From Geobacterales bacterium (GTDB taxonomy: Bacteria > Desulfobacterota > Desulfuromonadia > Geobacterales > Pseudopelobacteraceae): a stretch of 24,000 bases of DNA. Positions 16,902 to 24,000 of the stretch are shown in pieces. The notes beneath the pieces were generated by a model, which was given only the letters and a program-made list of their open reading frames with translations, ran no database searches and had not been told where the DNA came from. The DNA lies in assembly GCA_041738275.1 (NCBI GenBank), contig JBGSQD010000020.1, forward strand, positions 3,441 to 27,440, in the 5' to 3' direction. Position numbers and translations under genes: made by a program. The number at the start of each line of letters is the position of its first letter. Within the stretch, counting starts at the first letter, position 1.

Positions 16902-16919
16902 TTTTAATGGAGGAAGTTG

Positions 16920-17543
16920 ATGCGCATCAGCGAACAGGCCAAGCAGGAAAACCGGACCCGCATCCTGGAAAAGGCGGCCGAGATATTCACCGTCAAGGGG
17001 TTCGAGGATACCACCACCAGGGATATCTCCCTGGCGTCCGGGTTGGCTGCCGGCACGCTTTTCAACTATTTCCCCAGTAAGGAAACCTTGGCCATGACCA
17101 TGGTCACCGAGGCATTCGACCAGGGGAGGGAGGATTTCCTACGCCGTTGCACCGGTAAAGAGGATCTGGCCGAAGAGTTGTTTCTGTTTGTCGCCTCGGG
17201 TCTGCGGCGTCTGCGCCCTTTGCGCCCTTTTCTCGGCCCGGTTCTGGAGCGTTCCCTGAGCCCTTTTCCCAGAAAGAACGTTTGCCAGGAAGGGGAAGCT
17301 GCCCGGCTGGGGCATCTTAACGCCGTGCAGAAGATCATCGGCCGGCACGGTTTTGACGAGGCCCCTGATTATGTGGCCATGACCATGTACTGGTCCCTCT
17401 ATCTGGGAATACTCGCTTACTGGGCCAACGACCCATCCCCAAACCAGGAAGCCAGCCAAGCCTTGATCGATTATTCAATCCGCATGTTCGTGCAGGTGAT
17501 TTCCGGCGCCGGGTCGGACAAAGGAGAAGCAGATGCAGGTTGA
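16920..17543 (+). CDS. TetR/AcrR-family transcriptional regulator
   Basis: GGAGGA lies 6 nt before ATG 16920. N-terminal TetR HTH (RILEKAAEIFTVKGFEDTTTRDISLASGLAAGTLFNYFPSKE). Confidence 0.85.
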   Translation: MRISEQAKQENRTRILEKAAEIFTVKGFEDTTTRDISLASGLAAGTLFNYFPSKETLAMTMVTEAFDQGREDFLRRCTGKEDLAEELFLFVASGLRRLRPLRPFLGPVLERSLSPFPRKNVCQEGEAARLGHLNAVQKIIGRHGFDEAPDYVAMTMYWSLYLGILAYWANDPSPNQEASQALIDYSIRMFVQVISGAGSDKGEADAG

Positions 17544-18978
17544 TGATGGAAGGGCAACTGAAACGGTTCAGATGGAAATGCTGCTCGACGCCCTTCCCAA
17601 GGGGAGCGCAGCGGATCCGAACGGTTTGGCCCTGGCAAGGTTGATTGCAGAAATATCCAATAAAAAGGTGCCGGTGCACTCCTTTTCCCGGATCTGGACC
17701 CTGGGCTCGCTTCAGGCCAAGGTGACGGCCGGATATTTCGCCTATTGGCTGCGCAGCTGTTTCTGCGACGCGGAAAAAAAGCAGCAGTTGAAGAGCGAAG
17801 CCCATCTTGCCGCGGCACTGCAACTGTTCGGTACCATGGGCTACCTTCGCGGCGCGGTGATGAAGGTCGGCCAGATGCTGGCCAATCTACCGGAGGTCGT
17901 GCCGGAGGAGTTCGCCGAGGTGCTTTCCGCGCTCCATTTCGAGGCCCCTCCCATGCACTACTCTCTGGTTCGGGAGGTCTTTCTGGACGAGTTCGGGCGC
18001 GAGCCGGAAGAGGTGTTTGCCTCCTTCGACCGCCAGGCCTTTGCCGCCGCATCCCTGGGACAGGTGCACCGTGCCCGGCTGCACAGCGGCGAAGAGGTGG
18101 CGGTCAAGATCCAGTACCCCGGCATCGCCCGGACCATCAAGGCCGATCTGCGCAATCTGCGTCTGCTGCTCCAGCCGCTTTGTCTGACCATCGACTGGCA
18201 GGACACTCTCGCCAAGCTGGCCGACATCGAGCGCATGCTTCTCATGGAGACCGATTATGCGCAGGAAGCCCGTTTCGGCAAGCTTGCCCGGAGTGTATTT
18301 ACAGCCGAAGATCGGGTGATTGTGCCGCAGATTTATGACGAATACTCCACCGCCAGGGTGCTGACCACCGAGTACCTGCATGGTTGCCATATAAACGACT
18401 TCCTGGCAGCAGATCCCGGCCAGGGGGAGCGGGATCATTTTACCACCCTGCTGACGGTGGCTACCTATCGGCTTTATTACCGTCTGCACTGGCTCCCGGC
18501 AGACCCGCACCCCGGCAACTTCATCTTCATGGCGGATGGCCGCCTCGGGATGATCGACTTCGGATGCACCCTGACTTTAAGCGACGAGGAGTGGATCTTT
18601 TCAAACCAGGCGATCCAGGCGGCGCTCGACCGGGATCTGCCGGGCCTGAATCGGGCCATTGCCAGGGCCTGCCGCTACGATGACCCCGGCGAAATGGAAC
18701 CGGATCATCTGGAAGTTATCCGGAGCGGTTTTTACTGGTTTATGGAACCGTGGCAGCAGGAAGGACTGTTCGATTTCGGGGACAGGGCCTTCTTCCGGCG
18801 CGGCATTGACAACGTTATTGAAGCGGCTCGCAAAGGCTACACCAGAAGCCTGCCCATGACCATCTGGTCCAATCGTTTCACCTTCGGAGGAAGGGCCTTC
18901 TGTTACAAGTTGAAAGGGCGCTGCGAATTCAGGAAGATCTTTCTGCAGGAATCTTCTTGGCTGCATAACTCCCCCTAA
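17533..18978 (+). CDS. ABC1/UbiB (AarF-domain) atypical protein kinase family protein
   Basis: ABC1 signature FDRQAFAAASLGQVHRARLHSGEEVAVKIQYPGI and DPHPGNF catalytic motif. The start overlaps the TetR stop by 11 nt. Confidence 0.85.
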   Translation: MQVDDGRATETVQMEMLLDALPKGSAADPNGLALARLIAEISNKKVPVHSFSRIWTLGSLQAKVTAGYFAYWLRSCFCDAEKKQQLKSEAHLAAALQLFGTMGYLRGAVMKVGQMLANLPEVVPEEFAEVLSALHFEAPPMHYSLVREVFLDEFGREPEEVFASFDRQAFAAASLGQVHRARLHSGEEVAVKIQYPGIARTIKADLRNLRLLLQPLCLTIDWQDTLAKLADIERMLLMETDYAQEARFGKLARSVFTAEDRVIVPQIYDEYSTARVLTTEYLHGCHINDFLAADPGQGERDHFTTLLTVATYRLYYRLHWLPADPHPGNFIFMADGRLGMIDFGCTLTLSDEEWIFSNQAIQAALDRDLPGLNRAIARACRYDDPGEMEPDHLEVIRSGFYWFMEPWQQEGLFDFGDRAFFRRGIDNVIEAARKGYTRSLPMTIWSNRFTFGGRAFCYKLKGRCEFRKIFLQESSWLHNSP

Positions 18979-19067
18979 CCCCCTCTTAACTTAAGAGGGG
19001 GAACATAGACTGTGCCTTTTAGCCTTTTTCTCCTCCCCTTAGCCTAAGGGGAGGCCGGGAGGGGTTA
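18967..19067 (+). repeat. Composite palindromic intergenic repeat, copy 1
   Basis: Hairpin CCCCCTCTTAA-C-TTAAGAGGGGG (18979-19001) and hairpin CCTCCCCTTA-GCC-TAAGGGGAGG (19032-19054). The 38-nt core CTCCTCCCCTTAnnnTAAGGGGAGGCnGGGAGGGGTTA (19030-19067) recurs at 22396-22433. Confidence 0.7.
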
Positions 19068-19096
19068 GCTTTTACCGAAAAGGAGACTATCAAACA

Positions 19097-19786
19097 ATGC
19101 TCAAGCTCCATGATGTAATCAAGACCTATGCCGGGAAGTCCGAGGTAACGGCTCTGGCGGGAATCAATCTGGCCATCAAGGCCGGCGAGATGGTGGCGAT
19201 CATGGGGCCCTCAGGTTCCGGCAAGTCAACGCTACTCAACCTTCTGGGGGGGCTTGATGTCCCCACTTCCGGCCAGGTGGTGGTGGCGGGGAAGGACCTG
19301 GCAGGGGAGAGTGAAAAGGGGCGCTCCCTGTTTCGCCGCTCCCAGGTCTCCTATATCTTCCAGGCCTACCACCTGATGCCGACCTTGAAGGTCAGCCAGA
19401 ATGTGGCGCTGCCGCTGCATCTGGCCGGAATCTCCGCAGCGGAGATCAGTCGGAAGGTTGCTCAGGCACTTCAGGAGGTTGGTCTTGAGGCGAGGGGCAA
19501 TCATCTCCCGGACGAACTTTCCGGGGGAGAACGGCAACGGGTTGCAATCGCCAGGGCACTGGTCACCGATGCGCCGCTGCTGCTGGCCGATGAGCCGACC
19601 GGCAATCTGGACACGGCCCGTGGGAAAGAAATCCTGGAACTGCTCAAGAAGATCAACCAGGAGCGTGGCACCACCATCGTCATCGTCACCCACGACCATA
19701 ACGCCGCCTCTGCCTGCAACAGGCTGATCAAGCTGCGTGACGGGAAAATGGAGGGAGACAGCTTCGTATCCGGAGGTGCGGCATGA
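19097..19786 (+). CDS. ABC transporter ATP-binding protein (LolD/MacB-type)
   Basis: Walker A GPSGSGKST, signature LSGGERQR, Walker B LLLADEPT. Confidence 0.9.
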   Translation: MLKLHDVIKTYAGKSEVTALAGINLAIKAGEMVAIMGPSGSGKSTLLNLLGGLDVPTSGQVVVAGKDLAGESEKGRSLFRRSQVSYIFQAYHLMPTLKVSQNVALPLHLAGISAAEISRKVAQALQEVGLEARGNHLPDELSGGERQRVAIARALVTDAPLLLADEPTGNLDTARGKEILELLKKINQERGTTIVIVTHDHNAASACNRLIKLRDGKMEGDSFVSGGAA

Positions 19787-22335
19787 GGTTTCTGCTCCGC
19801 ACCCTCTCTATTTCCTACGTCAGGCGCCATGTGGCAAAGACGCTCCTTACCCTCCTCGGGGTGATCGTCGGAGTGGCCACCTTCAGTTCCATCGAGAGCG
19901 CCAAGGGAACCCTGGTCAAGGGTATTCGTTCCACGGTTGACCGGGTCGCCGGCAAGTCCCAGCTGCAGATCACCATGGAGGGCGGGGTGCCGGAGGAGGT
20001 GCAGGAACAGGTGCGGACGCTCCCAGGTATCCGTGCCACCTCGCCGGTCATCGAGCAGATCGTCACCCCGGAAAAGGGTGAGCTCGGCAGCCTGATGGTG
20101 ATCGGTGTCGATCTGCTGGGGGACCGGGAGATGCGCGATTACGGCTTCGAAGGTGAGGACGCTGATCTGGACGATCCGCTCCTCTTTCTTGCCCAGCCTG
20201 ATTCGGTCATCTTTACCCGCCAGTTTGCCGCCAAGGCCGGTCTGAAGATCGGCGACAGCCTCGCGCTAAAGGTTCCCAAGGGGGTCAAACGGGTTACCGC
20301 GCGGGGGCTCCTCACCCCAAAGGGGTTTGCCGAGGCTTTCGGCGGCAACCTGATGGTGGTGGACGTGTATGCAGCTCAGGATCTGTTCGGCCGGGGGCGA
20401 CGCTTCGACCGGATTGATGTGCGGCTTGACGAGGGGGTCAGTGTCGCCCAGGGGACCACTACCCTGGAGAGTGCGCTTGGTCCGGCCTACCGGGTGGAGA
20501 CACCCGAGAAGCGTGGTGAGCATATGGAGCGGATCGTTGCCAACTTTATTGCCGGTTTCAACGTCTCCAGTGGTTTTGCCCTTGCTATCGGCACCTTCCT
20601 GATCTTCAATGCCTTCAATGTGGCGGTTAACCGGCGACGGCGCGACATCGGCACCCTGCGCGCCCTGGGGGCCACCCCCCGTCAGGTGCAGCTTCTCTTC
20701 CTCTCCGAGGCGTTGATCATCGGCATTGTCGGCGGAATCCTGGGCTGCCTGGCCGGCACTACCGCTTCCCAGGCTTTCCTCCAGATAATGGGACAGACGA
20801 CCGAGACCATGTACGGCGTTACCAGTTCCGGGGTGGTGCGGCTGCCGCCGGGGATCGCCCAGCAGTCCATGCTCCTCGGCATATTAGCATCGTTGATCGG
20901 CGCCTGGGGGCCGGCGCTGACCGCTTCCCGCATTCCACCCACCGAGGCCTTTGCCAAGGGCGCCTTTCAGGCCCGCCCCCCCGACAGATCTGTTCTGCGG
21001 ATTGCAGCAGGCGTAGTCACCCTGGGAGGCGCCTTCCTCATGGCCATCCGGCCGCCATTAACCGGAACTCCTTTCCTATTTACCGAGTTGTTACTGGGAG
21101 GAGTCGGCATCGTACTCCTGGTGGGGCCGCTCTCCCGGATGCTGCTAATCTGTCTCGTTCCTCTGGCGACCCGCTTTGCCCCGGTGGCGGGGCGGCTCTC
21201 CGGCGATGCCCTGCTCGGCAATGCCCGCAGGACTTCCGGAACCATCATGGCCATGGCCCTCTCACTAACCTTTGTGCTCGGCCTGGGCGGGTACATGGGC
21301 TCGACCAAAAAGGCTCTGGTACGCTGGATAGAAGATGCCATAACCAGCGACCTGTTCGTGCGGGCCTCAACCAAATTCAACCGCCCCGACTTTCTTTTTC
21401 CAGGGGGACTGCGTGATGAATTGCTGCAAGTATCCGGGGTAAAGAGCGTGGAGTGCTATCGGGCGATCCGCCCTCTCTTTAAGGGGCATCAGATCCTGGT
21501 TGCCTCCATCGAAATCGACCCGCTGCTGGATCGGATCAAGTACGAATTTACACAGGGGGACGTGGCTTCCATGCGTCGTGGTTTGACCAAAGAGGGGAAG
21601 TGCGTGGTGTCTGACAATTTCTACCGGCGCTACGGTCTGGGAGTCGGGCAGCAGGTGGAGCTGGCCTCACCCAACGGCATTGTGCGCTTGCCCATTGCCG
21701 CCGTGGTGCGAGACTACGGCTCCGATCAGGGAACCATTCTGATGGACCGCAGCATTTTTCTTCGCTACTGGAAGGATGACCGTGTAGATGTTTTCGATGT
21801 CTCCGTGATCCCCGGCACTGCTGTAGGGCAGGTGCGTGAGCTTATCCACGCCAAACTGGCCGGGCGCTATCCGTCGCTGGTCTCCACACGCCAGGAGTTC
21901 ACCGCCGAGATTACCAAGGCGATCGATGCCTTTTACGCCCTGACACGGGTCACGATCTTTCTGGCTCTGGGGGTCGCCTTTCTCGGTATTGTCACCGCGC
22001 TCCTCATTTCGGTGGCAGAGCGGACCAGGGAGATCGGGATACTCAAGGCCCTGGGCGCCATTCCGGCCCAACTCGCCCGGAGCGTCATTCTGGAAGCGCT
22101 GCTCCTGGCCCTTGTGGGGCTGGTCCTGGCGATCCCGGCCGGCAGCCTCTTTGCCTCCTTCATGGAGGGTCCGCTGGCGGAACTGTTTACCGGTTGGATC
22201 ATGCCCCACCAATATCCATGGGATACCCTGATGCAGCTCCTTGTTGCCCTGCCGTTGATCTCGGCCCTGGCTGCATGGATTCCGGCCCGGCAAGCCGGGA
22301 AAATGAAGATCGTCGAGGCGATAGAGTATGAATAG
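19783..22335 (+). CDS. ABC transporter permease with duplicated FtsX domains (850 aa)
   Basis: ATGA overlap with the ATPase stop. Two FtsX-type 4-TM modules, each followed or preceded by a large extracytoplasmic domain (RRRDIGTLRALGATPRQV and RTREIGILKALGAIPAQL). Confidence 0.9.
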   Translation: MRFLLRTLSISYVRRHVAKTLLTLLGVIVGVATFSSIESAKGTLVKGIRSTVDRVAGKSQLQITMEGGVPEEVQEQVRTLPGIRATSPVIEQIVTPEKGELGSLMVIGVDLLGDREMRDYGFEGEDADLDDPLLFLAQPDSVIFTRQFAAKAGLKIGDSLALKVPKGVKRVTARGLLTPKGFAEAFGGNLMVVDVYAAQDLFGRGRRFDRIDVRLDEGVSVAQGTTTLESALGPAYRVETPEKRGEHMERIVANFIAGFNVSSGFALAIGTFLIFNAFNVAVNRRRRDIGTLRALGATPRQVQLLFLSEALIIGIVGGILGCLAGTTASQAFLQIMGQTTETMYGVTSSGVVRLPPGIAQQSMLLGILASLIGAWGPALTASRIPPTEAFAKGAFQARPPDRSVLRIAAGVVTLGGAFLMAIRPPLTGTPFLFTELLLGGVGIVLLVGPLSRMLLICLVPLATRFAPVAGRLSGDALLGNARRTSGTIMAMALSLTFVLGLGGYMGSTKKALVRWIEDAITSDLFVRASTKFNRPDFLFPGGLRDELLQVSGVKSVECYRAIRPLFKGHQILVASIEIDPLLDRIKYEFTQGDVASMRRGLTKEGKCVVSDNFYRRYGLGVGQQVELASPNGIVRLPIAAVVRDYGSDQGTILMDRSIFLRYWKDDRVDVFDVSVIPGTAVGQVRELIHAKLAGRYPSLVSTRQEFTAEITKAIDAFYALTRVTIFLALGVAFLGIVTALLISVAERTREIGILKALGAIPAQLARSVILEALLLALVGLVLAIPAGSLFASFMEGPLAELFTGWIMPHQYPWDTLMQLLVALPLISALAAWIPARQAGKMKIVEAIEYE

Positions 22336-22343
22336 GTGCCCCA

Positions 22344-22433
22344 ACTCCTCCTGGCCCCTTTAGGCCCTTTAGCTTAAGAGGGTGGTGTGAGATTGCTCCT
22401 CCCCTTATGATAAGGGGAGGCAGGGAGGGGTTA
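22344..22433 (+). repeat. Composite palindromic intergenic repeat, copy 2
   Basis: CTTAAGAGGGTGG (22373-22385) and hairpin CCTCCCCTTA-TGA-TAAGGGGAGG (22398-22420). The 38-nt core at 22396-22433 matches copy 1 at all but the loop positions and one other position. Confidence 0.7.
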
Positions 22434-22464
22434 AGAAAAAGATTGTTTAACTGCGGAGGTAGAG

Positions 22465-23274
22465 ATGTACGAGAACAAATTTGCAGGTAAATATTTGCTT
22501 CGGATTGTTACTGCCGCGCTTCTTTCGGTACTCTGCTCCGCCCTGGCCTGGGGCGCCGACGCCCGATCACTCCTGAAAGAGTCCGAAACTCGCCACCGGA
22601 CCAAGACCCAGCAGTACGCCGGGAATCTCACCGTGGTGAACAAGGATGGCAAGGTCCGCAGGAAGGGCTGGAAAAGTTTCCGGCAAGGGTATGCCGGTGA
22701 CGCCAAGACCCTGACGCGTTTCACTGATCCGCCGGAGGTGAAGGGGGTAGGTTTTCTCTCCATCTCCCGCTCTGCAGGGCAGAACGACGACCAGTGGCTT
22801 TACCTCCCCTCCATGAAGCGGGAGCGGCGGATTGCCTCTCAGGATCGGGATGCATCCTTTGTCGGCACAGACTTCAACTATGAGGATATGGAGGAGTTTG
22901 ATCACGAAAAGTACAAGGTGGCACTGCAGGGTGAACAGGCCGTGGAGGGTCAGCCCTGTTATGTGATTGCGGCAATCCCGCTGGAAAGCGGCGTCAGGTC
23001 GGTCTATGAGAAGAAAATCCTCTACCTGCGTAAAGACATCCTCTATCTGCTGCGAGAGGAGCTCTATCTGAAAGGCGACAAGCAACCGAGCAAGGTCTTT
23101 AATCTCTCTGACCTGCAGAATGTTGATGGACATTGGGTAGCCAGAAAATGGGAGATGAGCAACCTGAAGAAGGGGAGCAAAACAACAGTCATTCTGAAAG
23201 AAATAGCCTTTGACAAGCCGCAGCCAGCCGGTCGCTTCACACTTCAAAACCTGAATCGAGAGGGGGGAGATTGA
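22465..23274 (+). CDS. Secreted LolA-like / outer-membrane lipoprotein-sorting family protein
   Basis: GGAGG lies ~6 nt before the ATG. Signal peptide ...LLSVLCSALAWGA. The motif DDQWLYLPSMKRERRIA...FVGTDFNYEDM matches my recollection of the LolA-like family usually encoded beside double-FtsX permeases. Confidence 0.6.
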   Translation: MYENKFAGKYLLRIVTAALLSVLCSALAWGADARSLLKESETRHRTKTQQYAGNLTVVNKDGKVRRKGWKSFRQGYAGDAKTLTRFTDPPEVKGVGFLSISRSAGQNDDQWLYLPSMKRERRIASQDRDASFVGTDFNYEDMEEFDHEKYKVALQGEQAVEGQPCYVIAAIPLESGVRSVYEKKILYLRKDILYLLREELYLKGDKQPSKVFNLSDLQNVDGHWVARKWEMSNLKKGSKTTVILKEIAFDKPQPAGRFTLQNLNREGGD

Positions 23275-24000
23275 TTCGACTTCAACTACAGGCCTGTCTG
23301 ATCATGCTGACCCTGATCACCTCGACCCAGGCGCTGGCCGAGAACTTTTCCGGGTATGTCGAGGCAAAGTGTTTTGCCTATCACGAACGCGCAAGCCGCG
23401 ACGATCCATGGGTGCTTGGCTGGGGCACCCTTTTCAATAAATGGGAGCAGAAGTTCGGCAATGTTCAGCTGACCGCTTCGCTGCGGGGTGAGTGGATCTC
23501 TTCGGATGAACAGGGTCCGCGGCTACTCGACCTGGCTGACCGGCACATCCGGCGGCCTCCTTTTTCGGTGCAGGATCTCTGGGTGCGCCTGCCGCTTGCC
23601 CCTGACCTGGACCTCCAGTTGGGCCGTTTCCAGCTCGGCTGGGGCAAAACCGACGGCTACTCCCCGGCCGATGCCTTCCTGCCTCGTGATCTTACTGACC
23701 CATTCAGCGATGAAAAACTTCCCCTGTGGGCCGTGCGCCTGACTGGCCAGAACAATGCCTTGCGCTACGAAGCGGTCGTCTCTCCGGTGACCACCCCCTG
23801 GCGTATCCCGGTACTCGGCAGCCGCAATGCCCCCATGAATACTGAAGATATTCCCGTGAGCATTTTCTTCAAGGAGATCGATTCTCCTCCCACGGAGTTC
23901 GGCTTTGCCGCCCTGCGCACCCTCTACACCTTTGGAGATTGGGACCTGGGAGCGTGGGGGAGAATCGGGGTGCGCCCCGCGCCGCTTCTGGATTTCCGTA
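23271..24000 (+). CDS. 5' part of a secreted, probable outer-membrane protein (3' end outside the window)
   Basis: Frame 3 is open from TTG 23271 (TTGA overlap with the upstream stop) to the window end. Signal peptide MIRLQLQACLIMLTLITSTQALA. Alternating aromatic and hydrophilic pattern (GRFQLGWGKTDGYSPAD). It is absent from the ORF track only because it lacks a stop. Confidence 0.6.
   Translation, partial: MIRLQLQACLIMLTLITSTQALAENFSGYVEAKCFAYHERASRDDPWVLGWGTLFNKWEQKFGNVQLTASLRGEWISSDEQGPRLLDLADRHIRRPPFSVQDLWVRLPLAPDLDLQLGRFQLGWGKTDGYSPADAFLPRDLTDPFSDEKLPLWAVRLTGQNNALRYEAVVSPVTTPWRIPVLGSRNAPMNTEDIPVSIFFKEIDSPPTEFGFAALRTLYTFGDWDLGAWGRIGVRPAPLLDFR

Noticed and set aside
18967-22433. The repeated hairpin elements as a CRISPR array or as inverted repeats of a transposon.
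   Set aside because: There are only two copies, 3.3 kb apart, in direct orientation. Each is internally palindromic. No cas or transposase gene is present and there are no target-site duplications that I can see.

Overview
The gene content (multihaem cytochrome, sigma54 regulator, hgcAB) suggests a Geobacter/Desulfuromonadales-type chromosome segment; this is inference only. Almost all of the window is coding. Left to right: (1) the 3' end of a PstS-like binding-protein gene and an 822-aa methyl-accepting chemotaxis protein. (2) A translationally coupled sensor module: PhnD-type periplasmic binding protein, HAMP histidine kinase, sigma54 (NtrC-type) response regulator and a second PhnD-type binding protein. 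It resembles the ArrX/AioX-S-R three-component arsenic-oxyanion sensors. (3) After a 402-nt leader, a respiratory arsenate reductase operon: a membrane-anchored NrfH-like 12-haem cytochrome, Tat-exported ArrA, ArrB and the TorD-like ArrD. (4) A convergent arsR-acr3 pair on the minus strand. (5) Divergent from arsR, the mercury-methylation pair hgcA-hgcB, with an intact NVWCAAGK cap helix in HgcA and Cys73 plus a C-terminal CC in HgcB. (6) A TetR regulator with duplicated palindromic operators, overlapping an ABC1/UbiB-type kinase gene. (7) An ABC ATPase, a double-FtsX permease, a LolA-like protein and the 5' part of a secreted or outer-membrane protein; the two ABC genes are bracketed by two copies of a composite palindromic repeat. 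Items most worth follow-up: an in-frame TGC-TGA (Cys-UGA) dyad in what looks like the true N-terminal region of hgcA (candidate selenocysteine or leader peptide); hgcAB physically embedded in an arsenic respiration/resistance island and sharing a control region with arsR; a 12-haem cytochrome with CX3CH and CX4CH sites in place of an ArrC/CymA-type quinol oxidase; and the two-binding-protein sensor. No tRNA, rRNA, CRISPR array or transposase was seen.
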